Assembly (NCBI GenBank): GCA_036502065.1
Contig: DASXZF010000215.1
Coordinates: forward strand, 1-32,069
DNA length: 32,069 nucleotides
Source of the DNA: Gaiellales bacterium
GTDB taxonomy: Bacteria; Actinomycetota; Thermoleophilia; Gaiellales; JAICJC01
Direction of reading: 5' to 3'
The stretch's first letter is position 1; the number at the start of each line of letters is the position of its first letter. Position numbers and translations under genes: made by a program. This document shows, one piece after another, positions 1 through 8,704 of the stretch. The notes below the pieces were generated by a model. The model saw nothing but the letters and a program-made list of their open reading frames with translations, was not told where the DNA came from and ran no database searches.

Positions 1-122
1 ACGACGGCGCCGACGATGAACGTCTTCGAGCGCAGCAGCTGGTGCAGCAGCTCGCGCCGCACCTGCCCCACGCCTGCATCGAGCGCGCCGGCGGTCTCGA
101 CGGGTGCGGCGGCGGCGCTCAC
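1..122 (-). CDS. ABC transporter permease, DppC/OppC-like, N-terminal fragment (gene runs off the left edge)
   Basis: GTG at 122-120 overlaps the stop of the upstream permease by 4 nt (GTGA, 119-122). The reverse translation is VSAAAAPVETAGALDAGVGQVRRELLHQLLRSKTFIVGAVV with high GC3. Its position after the SBP and DppB-like permease fits the second permease of a peptide-type ABC operon. It is missing from the ORF track because the window edge truncates it. Confidence 0.55.
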   Translation of the reverse strand, partial: MSAAAAPVETAGALDAGVGQVRRELLHQLLRSKTFIVGAV

Positions 123-1072
123 TCCGCCTCTCCGAAGCGGATGCGGGGATTGAGCATCGAGTAGACGAAGTCGGCGATCAGCGTCGCCACCATGTAGACG
201 ATGCCGATGGTGAGCACGCCGGCCTCGAGCATCGGGAAGTCCCGGTCCTGGGCGGCCTTGAAGATCAGGTTGCCGATGCCCTGGTAGTTGAAGAGCGTCT
301 CGATCACGACCAGGCCGCCGATCAAATAGCCCGTCTGGGTCGCGATCACGGTGACCGTCGGCACGAGCGAGTTGCGCAGCACGTGCCGGCGGATGACGAC
401 GCCGCGCGGCAGCCCCTTCAGGATCGCCGTGCGCGCATAGTCGGAGTCGAGCGCCTCGACGGTGCCCGCCCGCGCCATGCGCGCGATGTACCCGAAGAGC
501 ACGAGGACGAGCGGGATCGAGGGCAGGATCAGGTGGTAGAGCTGATCGGGAAACGAGGCGCCGGGCCCCCACGCCGCCGAGATCGGCAGCACGTTCAGCC
601 AGATCCCGAACACGATGATCACGACGATGCCCGACACGAACTCGGGCACCGTCGAGGCCGAGAGGCCGAGCACCGTGATGATGCGGTCCGGCGCCTTGCC
701 CACGTTCAGCGCCGCGACGACGCCGCCGAGGATGCTGAGCGGGACGACGATCACGAACGCCACAGCGGCCAGCTCGAGCGAGTGCCGGATCGCATGCGAG
801 ATGAAGGGCTCGACCGGGGCCTGGAACTGGTACGACGTGCCCATGTCACCGTGCACGAACCCCGAGACCCAGTGCCAGTACTGCGTCAGCAGCGGCTGAT
901 TGACGCCGAGCTGGTCGTCCAGATGCGAGACCGCGCTCTGCGCCGCGAGCGGCCCCAGGATCGCCCGGCCGGGATCGCCCGGGAGCACCTGGCCGGCGAA
1001 GAACACGATCATGCTCAGGATCCAGAGCGTGATCAGCGCGAGCCCGAAGCGTTTTGCGATGAAGATGGCCAT
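119..1072 (-). CDS. ABC transporter permease (DppB/OppB family)
   Basis: 317-aa multi-TM ORF. The N-terminus MAIFIAKRFGLALITLWILSMIVFFAGQVLPGDPGRAILG is typical of DppB/OppB/NikB permeases. It lies directly downstream of the SBP gene, and its stop overlaps the next start. Confidence 0.93.
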   Translation of the reverse strand: MAIFIAKRFGLALITLWILSMIVFFAGQVLPGDPGRAILGPLAAQSAVSHLDDQLGVNQPLLTQYWHWVSGFVHGDMGTSYQFQAPVEPFISHAIRHSLELAAVAFVIVVPLSILGGVVAALNVGKAPDRIITVLGLSASTVPEFVSGIVVIIVFGIWLNVLPISAAWGPGASFPDQLYHLILPSIPLVLVLFGYIARMARAGTVEALDSDYARTAILKGLPRGVVIRRHVLRNSLVPTVTVIATQTGYLIGGLVVIETLFNYQGIGNLIFKAAQDRDFPMLEAGVLTIGIVYMVATLIADFVYSMLNPRIRFGEAE

Positions 1073-1125
1073 GCGGTCTTGGTGCCGGCCGCGGGCGGAC
1101 CCGCGGCCGGCTGCGGTTCAGCTGC

Positions 1126-2823
1126 TCATGCCTTGGATGCGTTGAACAGGAACAGGTGTCCGATCGCGGTCGGCTCGACGCCGGTGACGCCGGACGCCGT
1201 CGCGGTCAGGTAGTTGTAGAAGTAGGGGTAGATGATCGGGGTCTGCTCGAGCAGCAGGTTCTCGATCTTGCCGGCGATCGTCTTCTGCCCCTGCACGTCG
1301 GTGGCCGGCGCGGCGATGTACTGCTTGGAGAGCGTGTCGTACTGGGCGTTCTTGAAGTGGGCCGCGTTCCACGTGCCCTTGCTCTGGAGCGGCGCCGTCA
1401 GGAACACGTTGGGCACGCTGCGATGGCCGAAGTCGACGAGGCTCATCGCGCCGTCCAGCCAGTCGGACTGGCCGAAGACGGCCTTGCCGTAGTACTGCGA
1501 CGACGTCTCGATCGTGAGCGCGATCTGGACGCCGACCTGGGCGGCGGCCTGCTTCACGATCTGGGCCAGCTTCGGGATCTCGAGGAAGTTCTCGGTGAAG
1601 AGCTTGGTCGAGAACCCGCTGCCGTGGCCGGCCGCCGAGAGCAGCGACTTGGCCTTGGCGATGTCCTGCGCCCGCTGCGGGACGCTCGTATCGGTCGACG
1701 GGAACACCGGCGCGAACGGGCTGTCGTTGCCCACGTCGGCCTTGCCCAGGAAGAGGCCCTGCACGATCTCGGGCCGGTTCAGGGTGAGTGCGATCGCCTG
1801 GCGCACGCGCGGGTCGTTGAACGGGGCCTGGTCGCAGCGCATCGAGAGCTCGCGGTGTGCGCTCGACTTCAGGTTGATCACGGTCGCGCTCGAGCCCGAG
1901 AGCAGCGACTGGCCGCCGTCCACGGAGAACTGGCCGATCACGTCGATCGTCCCGCCCTGCAGGGCCAGGATCTCGGGCTGCTGGGTGTCGTAGAAGGTGA
2001 ACTCGGTGGTCGCGGGCAGCGCCTTCTTGCCCCAGTAGGCCTCGTTGCGGATGAACGAGGCCCCCACCTTCGGCGTGTAGCTCTTGAGCTTGAACGGGCC
2101 GGTCCCGAGGAACGTGGACTCCCACTTGGAGGGGTCGTAGTTGTTCGGGATGATGATCATGTTGTAGTTGTCCGACGAGCACAGGTACGGGAAGTTCCCG
2201 TTCGGCGCCTCGAGGTGGAAGGCGACCGTGAAGTCGTCGACCTTCTGCACGCCCGAGGGCGTCAGCGCGCCGCCGAATGCCGAGAGGGCGTTGGACGAGC
2301 CCTTGGGGTCGGTCTGCAGCTTGTACGTGTAGACCACGTCGTCGGCCGTCATCGCCTGGCCGTTGTGGAACTTCACGCCCTGGCGGATGGTGAACGTCCA
2401 CACGGTCGAGTCGGCGTTCGCCGTCCACTTCTCGGCCAGCACCGGCACGAGCTGCAGCGACGAGTTCGAGATCGCGAGGTACTCGCCGCACTGGCCGAGC
2501 ATGTCCAGGCCGCCCTGGTCGGCGACGGTGACCGGGTTGATCGCCGCCGTCGGCGTGACGATGCCCACCTTGAGGTCGGCGCCCGGCGTGCCGGAGCCGG
2601 TACCGCCTCCGCTCGACGCCGGGCTGCTGCCGCCGGAGTTGTTGGCGCCGCCGCACGCCGCGATGATCGCGGTCATGAGCGGCATCGACAGGCCCACCAC
2701 GGCGCCGCGGCGGACGAACTCGCGCCGGCTGAGGCGGCCGGAAGCGAACTCGTCGATGAAGCTGTTCTCGAGCTCGGAGCTGCCTCTGCGGATGCTGTCG
2801 AGCCTGCGCTGGTTCTCGTCCAT
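1126..2823 (-). CDS. ABC transporter substrate-binding protein, family 5 (peptide/nickel/opine type), Tat-lipoprotein-like signal
   Basis: ORF 1126..2835. Length and sequence are typical of family-5 SBPs. It has a twin-arginine motif SRREFVRRG followed by a hydrophobic stretch and IIAACGG (lipobox-like). I prefer ATG 2823, with GAAAGGTG ending 9 nt upstream, over GTG 2835. Confidence 0.9.
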   Translation of the reverse strand: MDENQRRLDSIRRGSSELENSFIDEFASGRLSRREFVRRGAVVGLSMPLMTAIIAACGGANNSGGSSPASSGGGTGSGTPGADLKVGIVTPTAAINPVTVADQGGLDMLGQCGEYLAISNSSLQLVPVLAEKWTANADSTVWTFTIRQGVKFHNGQAMTADDVVYTYKLQTDPKGSSNALSAFGGALTPSGVQKVDDFTVAFHLEAPNGNFPYLCSSDNYNMIIIPNNYDPSKWESTFLGTGPFKLKSYTPKVGASFIRNEAYWGKKALPATTEFTFYDTQQPEILALQGGTIDVIGQFSVDGGQSLLSGSSATVINLKSSAHRELSMRCDQAPFNDPRVRQAIALTLNRPEIVQGLFLGKADVGNDSPFAPVFPSTDTSVPQRAQDIAKAKSLLSAAGHGSGFSTKLFTENFLEIPKLAQIVKQAAAQVGVQIALTIETSSQYYGKAVFGQSDWLDGAMSLVDFGHRSVPNVFLTAPLQSKGTWNAAHFKNAQYDTLSKQYIAAPATDVQGQKTIAGKIENLLLEQTPIIYPYFYNYLTATASGVTGVEPTAIGHLFLFNASKA

Positions 2824-2898
2824 GGGTGAATTCACCTTTCTGTCCGGTACGGCTTCAAATCGTTGGCTTTCGGTCGGCCCCCCGTCCGACGTTCGACG

Positions 2899-3717
2899 TC
2901 AGCGCGGGCCCGGGGGTTTGTGGATCGCTCGCAGTGTGGCCGACGCGCGCAGTCCGGCCGCGCGCAGGTCGGCAAGCATAAGCCGCCGGCGGCCGCGGTC
3001 CATCCGGCCGCTCGGAACGCAGAGCGTCATGGCCGCGACGGTCGCCCCGTCGGCGGCGGCGACGGGCACCGCGATGCAGTGCAGGCCACGCGATGTCTCG
3101 TCGATGCTCTCGGCGTAGCCGTCGGCGCGGGCGCGGTCGAGGATCGCGCGCAGCGCGTGCACGTCCATGCGCCGCCCGACGGGCGTCACGAGATCGGCGT
3201 CCGCGAGCAGAGCGTCAACCGCTTCGGGCTGGAGCGCAGCCAGGAGGACGCGGCCGCTCGCAGCGGCGAAGGCGGGCAGGCGGCTGCCGACACGGGTCAC
3301 GAGCCGCACGGCCTGCGACGTCTCGACCTTGGCGATGAAGAGCGCGTCGGTGCCGTCGAGGACGACGAGGCAGGTGGTCTCGTCGTGGCGCGCGAGCAGG
3401 CCGGCGCCCTCGGCCTCGAACGCCGAGACGAGCGCCGAGCACGAGCTGCGCGCGCCGAGCGCGACGGCGCGGGCGGCAAGAACGTAGCTGCCGTCGGCGA
3501 CCCGCTCGACGAACCCGCGCTCCTCCATGGCGGCACAGGCCCGGTGCAGGGTGGTCTTGGGCAGGCCGGTGGCGGCATGGAGCTCGGCCAGGCCCGCGGT
3601 GCCGGTGCGGTCGAGCGCCTCGAGCACGCCGAGCACGGCCGCGATCCCCGGAGACGGCGCCTGTGGCGACGGCGGACGGGCGGTCGAATGCGTGGCGTCC
3701 CGGACAGCTACCGCCAT
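2899..3717 (-). CDS. IclR family transcriptional regulator
   Basis: 272 aa. N-terminal wHTH (LDRTGTAGLAELHAATGLPKTTLHRACAAMEERGFVER) followed by an IclR-type effector domain. Divergent from the DUF2252 operon and upstream of the ABC importer. Confidence 0.88.
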   Translation of the reverse strand: MAVAVRDATHSTARPPSPQAPSPGIAAVLGVLEALDRTGTAGLAELHAATGLPKTTLHRACAAMEERGFVERVADGSYVLAARAVALGARSSCSALVSAFEAEGAGLLARHDETTCLVVLDGTDALFIAKVETSQAVRLVTRVGSRLPAFAAASGRVLLAALQPEAVDALLADADLVTPVGRRMDVHALRAILDRARADGYAESIDETSRGLHCIAVPVAAADGATVAAMTLCVPSGRMDRGRRRLMLADLRAAGLRASATLRAIHKPPGPR

Positions 3718-3906
3718 CTAGTGCCGCGCCGGATCAGGTGGGGGATCGTCCATCTCCCGGTTCCGCCGGTGGAACGGATGTCACACCGGCGGAGCCGAAT
3801 CTGTCTCACATCCGCCGGGGGTTGTCAAGGTTCCGCGAAGCCCTCGCGGGGCCGGCCACGCGCCAATTGGCATTCGCCGCAACTGCCAAGTGCGCAAGGT
3901 GGGTGC

Positions 3907-3912
3907 TAGCCT
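3907..3912 (+). promoter_or_regulatory. -10 element TAGCCT for a leaderless DUF2252 mRNA
   Basis: TANNNT hexamer 6 nt upstream of GTG 3919, preceded by TGC (extended -10-like). No Shine-Dalgarno sequence. Confidence 0.4.
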
Positions 3913-3918
3913 GGCCGC

Positions 3919-5310
3919 GTGCCACTTCCGTCCGTCGAGGAGAGCACCGCGCGCGGCCGGGCCGCGCGGGCCGAGGCGCCCCGCTCGGCCCATGGCACGC
4001 TCGCTCCGCACCCCGGCCGACCCGACCCGGTCGCCCTCATCGAACGCCAGGCCGAGACGCGCGTGCCCGAGCTCGTGCCGATCCGGCACGGGCGCATGCT
4101 CGCCTCGCCGTTCGCGTTCTTCCGCGGCGCCGCGCTGATCATGGCGGCCGACCTCGCCACCATGCCCCACTCCGGTCTGCGCGTCCAGCTGTGCGGCGAC
4201 GCGCACCTCTCGAACTTCGGCGTCTTCGCCTCGCCGGAGCGGCGGCTCGTGTTCGACCTGAACGACTTCGACGAGACGCTCCCCGGCCCGTGGGAGTGGG
4301 ACGTCAAGCGCCTCGCCGCCAGCCTGGCGGTCGCGGGGCGCGACAATGGCTTCGGCACCGCCGACCGCGCCCAGATCGTCGTCACGGCGATGCGCAGCTA
4401 CCGCGAGGCGATGCGCGCATTTGCGGTCATGGGCACGCTCGATGTGTGGTACGCCCACCTCGAGGTCGAGCCACTGCTCGATCAGATCGGCTCCGAGATC
4501 GGCCCGAAGGACCGCCGCCGGGTCGAGCGCGACCTCGCCAGGGCCCGCACCCGCGACAACCTGCACAGCTACTCGAAGCTCACGCATCTGGTCGACGGCG
4601 AGCCGCGGATCGCGGCCGACCCGCCCCTCGTCGTACCGGCGGAGGAGATCGTCCCGGGTGCAACCGCCGTGGCCATGGCCGCGGTCGTGCGCGGGTTCAT
4701 GCGCGGGTACCAGCGTTCACTCGAGACCGACCGTCGGGCGCTGCTCGACCAGTTCCGCTTCGTCCACCTCGCACACAAGGTGGTCGGCGTCGGCAGCGTC
4801 GGCACGCAGACGTGGATCGCGCTCCTGGTCGGACGCGGCAACGAGGATCCGCTGCTGCTGCAGATCAAGCAGGCGCAAGCCTCGGTGCTCGAGGAGTTCG
4901 CCGGGGCGAGCGCCTATGCGAACCACGGGCAGCGGGTGGTGGCCGGACAGCGGCTCATGCAGGCGACGAGCGACATCTTCCTCGGTTGGCGGCGGATGAC
5001 CGGTCCCGACGGCAAGAGCGTCGACTTCTACGCGCGCCAGCTGAAGGACTGGAAGGGGTCGGTGACGGTCGAAGACATGGCCCCGCGGCACATGGCCGCC
5101 TATGGGCGCATGTGCGGCTGGACGCTCGCCCGCGCCCACGCCCGTTCCGGCGACCGGGTCGCGATCGCCGCCTACCTCGGCGGCGGCGACTCGTTCGACC
5201 GCGCGCTGGCCGTGTTCGCCGAGGCCTACGCCGAGCGCAACGAGCGCGACCATGCCGAATTCGCAGCCGCGGTCGAGTCGGGCCGGGTCGCCGCCCTCCC
5301 CGGCGTCTGA
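3919..5310 (+). CDS. DUF2252 domain protein (kinase-like motifs)
   Basis: 463 aa. The stretch HGRMLASPFAFFRGAALIMAADL...LCGDAHLSNFGVF...VFDLNDFDET...WEWDVKRLAASL matches my memory of the DUF2252 family. GDAHLSN and DLNDFDE resemble the catalytic-loop and Mg-binding motifs of APH/choline-kinase-like phosphotransferases. Confidence 0.88.
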   Translation: MPLPSVEESTARGRAARAEAPRSAHGTLAPHPGRPDPVALIERQAETRVPELVPIRHGRMLASPFAFFRGAALIMAADLATMPHSGLRVQLCGDAHLSNFGVFASPERRLVFDLNDFDETLPGPWEWDVKRLAASLAVAGRDNGFGTADRAQIVVTAMRSYREAMRAFAVMGTLDVWYAHLEVEPLLDQIGSEIGPKDRRRVERDLARARTRDNLHSYSKLTHLVDGEPRIAADPPLVVPAEEIVPGATAVAMAAVVRGFMRGYQRSLETDRRALLDQFRFVHLAHKVVGVGSVGTQTWIALLVGRGNEDPLLLQIKQAQASVLEEFAGASAYANHGQRVVAGQRLMQATSDIFLGWRRMTGPDGKSVDFYARQLKDWKGSVTVEDMAPRHMAAYGRMCGWTLARAHARSGDRVAIAAYLGGGDSFDRALAVFAEAYAERNERDHAEFAAAVESGRVAALPGV

Positions 5311-5311
5311 C

Positions 5312-5317
5312 TACACT
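5312..5317 (+). promoter_or_regulatory. -10-like TACACT 7 nt upstream of the GTG 5325 start
   Basis: TACACTCGCG is also found upstream of the IMPase start (20801-20796, minus strand). No SD between 5310 and 5325. Could be an internal leaderless promoter or a coincidence. Confidence 0.3.
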
Positions 5318-5324
5318 CGCGACC

Positions 5325-6431
5325 GTGGAGACCGCTCGCACCGACGTCGTCGGCAGCCTGCTGCGGCCGCCCGAGCTGCTCGCGGTGCGAGACCGCTTCG
5401 AGCGCGGCGAGGCCTCGGCGGCCGAGCTCAAGCACGCCGAGGACCGCGCCGTCGACGCGGCCGTGAAGCTGCAGGAGGACGCCGGCATCGATGTCATCAC
5501 CGACGGCGAGATGCGCCGGCTCTCGTTCCAGAGCGGGCTCCCGGAGGCGGTCGACGGCTTCGGCGACGTACCGCTCGACGCCTACCTGTGGGGCGACTGG
5601 CACGGAGACGCTGTCGGCGACCGCGCCACCGCCCGGCCCGAGGGGCTCGGCGTGCGCGAGCGCCTGCACCGGCGCCGTCACATCGCCGCCGAGGACTTCA
5701 CCTATCTGCGCGCCCGCGCGACCGCCATCCCCAAGGTGACGCTCGCGAGCCCGAGCCTGTACGCGAACCTGTGGTCGGCCGAGGTCTCGCGCGAGGCCTA
5801 CCCGACGCTGGACGACTTCCTCGAGGACGTCGCCGCGCTCACGCGGGACGAGATCGACGAGCTGGCGCGGCTGGGCTGCACGTACATCCAGCTCGACGCG
5901 CCGCACTATCCGCTCCTGATCGATCCCGCGACGCGCGCGTTCTACGAGCGCCAGGGCTGGGACGCCGCGCGCTGGCTCGGCCGTGGCATCGAGCTCGACA
6001 ACTTCGTCATGAACGGCCACCCCGAGGTCACATTCGGGTTCCACCTGTGCCGTGGCAACCAGGGCAGCCGCTGGCTGGTCGAGGGCGGCTACGAGCCGAT
6101 CGCACGCCAGATCTTCCGCACCGTGAACGCGCACCGGCTGCTGCTCGAGTACGACGACGAGCGCTCGGGCACGTTCCAGCCGCTGCGCGAGGTGCCCGAC
6201 GACAAGGTCGTCGTGCTCGGCCTGGTCACGACCAAGTCGCCCCGGCCGGAGACGGTCGACGAGCTGACCGGCCGCATCCGCGAGGCCGCCCGCCACATCG
6301 ACCTCGAACGGCTCGCGATCAGCCCGCAGTGCGGGTTTGCGACGTCGGTGGTCGGGAATGCACTGACCCTCGATGACCAGCGCCGCAAGCTCGAGACGCT
6401 CGCCCGCACCGCCCGGTCGGTGTGGGGCTGA
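5325..6431 (+). CDS. Cobalamin-independent methionine synthase family protein (MetE C-terminal-domain-like, about 368 aa)
   Basis: This is the C-terminal part of track ORF 3663..6431. GTG 5325 is in frame and gives VETARTDVVGSLLRPPELL...DVITDGEMRR...IQLDAP...FHLCRGN...LEYDDERSG...ISPQCGFAT, matching the stand-alone MetE-like zinc alkyltransferase family. Confidence 0.85.
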   Translation: METARTDVVGSLLRPPELLAVRDRFERGEASAAELKHAEDRAVDAAVKLQEDAGIDVITDGEMRRLSFQSGLPEAVDGFGDVPLDAYLWGDWHGDAVGDRATARPEGLGVRERLHRRRHIAAEDFTYLRARATAIPKVTLASPSLYANLWSAEVSREAYPTLDDFLEDVAALTRDEIDELARLGCTYIQLDAPHYPLLIDPATRAFYERQGWDAARWLGRGIELDNFVMNGHPEVTFGFHLCRGNQGSRWLVEGGYEPIARQIFRTVNAHRLLLEYDDERSGTFQPLREVPDDKVVVLGLVTTKSPRPETVDELTGRIREAARHIDLERLAISPQCGFATSVVGNALTLDDQRRKLETLARTARSVWG

Positions 6432-6489
6432 ACACACCGGCGCGGCGATCGGGTGGCGGCGGCTTGCCCGGTCCGTCACAATACGGCCG

Positions 6490-7725
6490 GTGGACGGCCC
6501 GTCGAACGGCACCGTGCCAGGCGTGCTGGTCATCTGCGCCGGCCAGCGCGATCGGCTGAACCTCGCCGACGAGCGGATTCTCGATCGGTTCGCGCTGCGC
6601 TTTGCCGGACAGCCGATCGGCCCGGAGTTCGACGCCCGCACGTTCGTCGACCACATGACCCGGTTCGGCCCCGAGGCCGACGGCATCTTCGGGTCGAGCG
6701 ACGCGACGGGGCACCTGACCTCGATCCTCGCGGACTCGGCCGGCCTGCCCGGACCCGGCCGCGCGGCCTTCATGCGCTGCCACGACAAGCTCGCGTGCCG
6801 CCGCGTGCAGGCCGAGGTCGTGCCCGAGGCGACGCCGCGGTTCGCCGCCGTCGAGCTCGACGCCCCCGACGCGCCGGCGCCGCTGCCGTTCCCGTTCTTC
6901 CTGAAGCCCGTCGCCGCACACCTGTCCCAGCTCGCCTTCCGGGTCGACGACGACGCCGGATTCGCCGTCGCGGTCGCACGGGCGCGGGCCGAGATCGACG
7001 CGATCACCACGCACGACCGCGCGCTCGAGGGGCGGCCGTTCCGCACGCTGATCGCCGAGGAGCTGCTCGACGGCGACCTGGTCACGTTCGAGGGCTGGAT
7101 GCAGGGCGGGCGCATGACCCCGATCGGCGTGACCGATGCCGTGATGCACCCGAACCACATCAGCTTCCTGCGCTTCGAGTACCCCAGCCGCCAGCCCGAG
7201 GGGCCGCAGCGGGCGATGGCCGACGTCGCGGCGCGGCTGATGCCCGCGCTCGGCTTCGACGGCAGCCTGTTCAACATCGAGTTCTTCGTCCGGCCGGACG
7301 GGACGGTGACCATCGTCGAGGTGAACGGGCGCATGGCGTCGCAGTTCGCGCCGCTCGTCCAGGCCGTCCACGGCGTGTCGAGTTACGAGATCGGGCTCGA
7401 CCTCGCGACGGGGCGCACGCCGCAGCTGCCGCCGGCGCGCACCGATCTGGTCACGGCCAGCTTCCTCGTGCGGGCGTACGAGGATGCGGTCGTGCGGGCC
7501 GTACCGGATCCCACGAACGTCCTCGAGCGCTACCCGCACGCCCACGTCGAGGTGCTCGTGCGTCCCGGCCAGCGCCTGAGCGACAACGACGACGACGACG
7601 TCAGCCACAGGCTGGCCGTCGTCGCGCTCGCGGCGCGCGACCGCACGGCGCTGGTGACCCGGTTCGCCGAGGCGCTGCGGCTGCTGCCGTTCGATCTCGA
7701 GCCCGTGCGCGCACCGGTGCCGTGA
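6490..7725 (+). CDS. ATP-grasp domain protein (carboxylate-amine ligase type)
   Basis: Motifs FFLKPVAAHLSQLAFRV, LIAEELLDGDLVTFEGW and FNIEFFVRPDGTVTIVEVNGRM. The start is uncertain. I chose the first in-frame GTG after the upstream stop (6490); GTGs at 6514 and 6523 are alternatives. Confidence 0.8.
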   Translation: MDGPSNGTVPGVLVICAGQRDRLNLADERILDRFALRFAGQPIGPEFDARTFVDHMTRFGPEADGIFGSSDATGHLTSILADSAGLPGPGRAAFMRCHDKLACRRVQAEVVPEATPRFAAVELDAPDAPAPLPFPFFLKPVAAHLSQLAFRVDDDAGFAVAVARARAEIDAITTHDRALEGRPFRTLIAEELLDGDLVTFEGWMQGGRMTPIGVTDAVMHPNHISFLRFEYPSRQPEGPQRAMADVAARLMPALGFDGSLFNIEFFVRPDGTVTIVEVNGRMASQFAPLVQAVHGVSSYEIGLDLATGRTPQLPPARTDLVTASFLVRAYEDAVVRAVPDPTNVLERYPHAHVEVLVRPGQRLSDNDDDDVSHRLAVVALAARDRTALVTRFAEALRLLPFDLEPVRAPVP

Positions 7726-7743
7726 CCGGCGCGTGACGGCTCG

Positions 7744-8613
7744 CTAGCCGAGGGTGCGTTTGGGGACGCGCGCCAGAGCGCTCACGTCCTCGTCGCCGTG
7801 GCCGGCGCCCATGAGGTCGTCCTCCTGCCCCGCCACGAGCGCCGCGACGTCCATCGGCACGCCTGCGCGGGCGGCCTCGTCGATCGCGATGCCGAGATCC
7901 TTGCGGTGCAGGGCGACCTTGAAGCCGAGCGGATAGGTGTCGGCGATCATGTTCGCGGCCCGGTTCTGGAGCACCCACGACGCCGCCGCGCCCGCCGAGA
8001 GCGCCTCGACCAACTCGGGCAGCGGCAGCCCGGCCGCCTGCGCCAGCGCGATGCCCTCGCCGACGCTCGCATAGGTGCCGGCGATCATCACCTGGTTCAC
8101 GGCCTTGGCCACCTGGCCGGCGCCGCTCGGCCCGAGGTGCGTGATACGGCTGCCGATGGCCTCGAGGATCGGCCGGGCCGTGGCGACGTCCGCGTCGGCG
8201 CCGCCGCAGAAGATGGTGAGGGTGCCCTTCTGAGCCCCCTCGGAGCCACCCGAGACGGGCGCGTCGACCAGGCCGATGCCACGCTCGCGCAGCCGGGCCG
8301 CGATCGCGGCGGTCGCCGCCGGCGACACCGTCGAGCAGTCGACGACGACGCCGCCCGAGGCAAGGCCCTCGGCGACGCCGCCGGGCCCGAGCAGGATGTG
8401 CTCGAGGTCGGGGGTGTCAGAGACGCAGGTCAGCACCGCCTCGGCCTGGGCTGCGGCAGCGGCCGGCGACTCGGCCCGCTTCGCGCCCGCGGCCGCGAGC
8501 GGCTCCTCGCGCGAGCGCGTGCGGTTGTGCACCGTCACCTCGTGCCCGGCCGCGAGCAGATGCCCCGCCATTGGCGCTCCCATCGTGCCGAGCCCGATCA
8601 CCGCCACTCTCAT
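7744..8613 (-). CDS. NAD(P)-dependent oxidoreductase, 3-hydroxyisobutyrate / 2-hydroxy-3-oxopropionate reductase family
   Basis: 289 aa. Rossmann N-terminus MRVAVIGLGTMGAPMAGHLLAAGHEVTVHNRT and overall HIBADH-family architecture. Confidence 0.9.
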   Translation of the reverse strand: MRVAVIGLGTMGAPMAGHLLAAGHEVTVHNRTRSREEPLAAAGAKRAESPAAAAAQAEAVLTCVSDTPDLEHILLGPGGVAEGLASGGVVVDCSTVSPAATAAIAARLRERGIGLVDAPVSGGSEGAQKGTLTIFCGGADADVATARPILEAIGSRITHLGPSGAGQVAKAVNQVMIAGTYASVGEGIALAQAAGLPLPELVEALSAGAAASWVLQNRAANMIADTYPLGFKVALHRKDLGIAIDEAARAGVPMDVAALVAGQEDDLMGAGHGDEDVSALARVPKRTLG

Positions 8614-8621
8614 CGCGGGCG

Positions 8622-8627
8622 ATGATA
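8622..8627 (-). promoter_or_regulatory. -10 element TATCAT for a leaderless reductase mRNA
   Basis: On the minus strand TATCAT lies 8 nt upstream of ATG 8613. No SD. Confidence 0.35.
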
Positions 8628-8632
8628 CCCAA

Positions 8633-8697
8633 GTGGGGTCAGACCCCGAACGGGACGCGCGCGTTTCGTGACGCTTCCTGCGTGGGGTCTGACCCCG
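8633..8697. repeat. Pair of inverted 13-nt palindromic units GGGGTCAGACCCC (8635-8647) and GGGGTCTGACCCC (8684-8696)
   Basis: Both units are flanked by GT...G (GTGGGGTCWGACCCCG). They lie in the 91-bp gap between the PilZ stop and the reductase start. A third copy sits inside the palindrome at 12593-12623. Confidence 0.7.
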
Positions 8698-8704
8698 CCT
8701 GGGG

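Noticed and set aside
3867-3889. A sigma-54-type promoter suggested by TGGCA ... TGC in the IclR/DUF2252 gap.
   Set aside because: The GG-to-GC spacing is 10 or 16 nt rather than the canonical 12. The lineage implied by the sequence style generally lacks RpoN. An inverted-repeat operator is the simpler reading.
3663-5324. The N-terminal roughly 550 codons of the 922-aa track ORF 3663..6431.
   Set aside because: This is a Pro/Arg/Ala-rich nonsense translation lying out of frame over the well-supported DUF2252 gene. Only the part from GTG 5325 onward has MetE-like sequence. It is a typical high-GC open-frame artefact.
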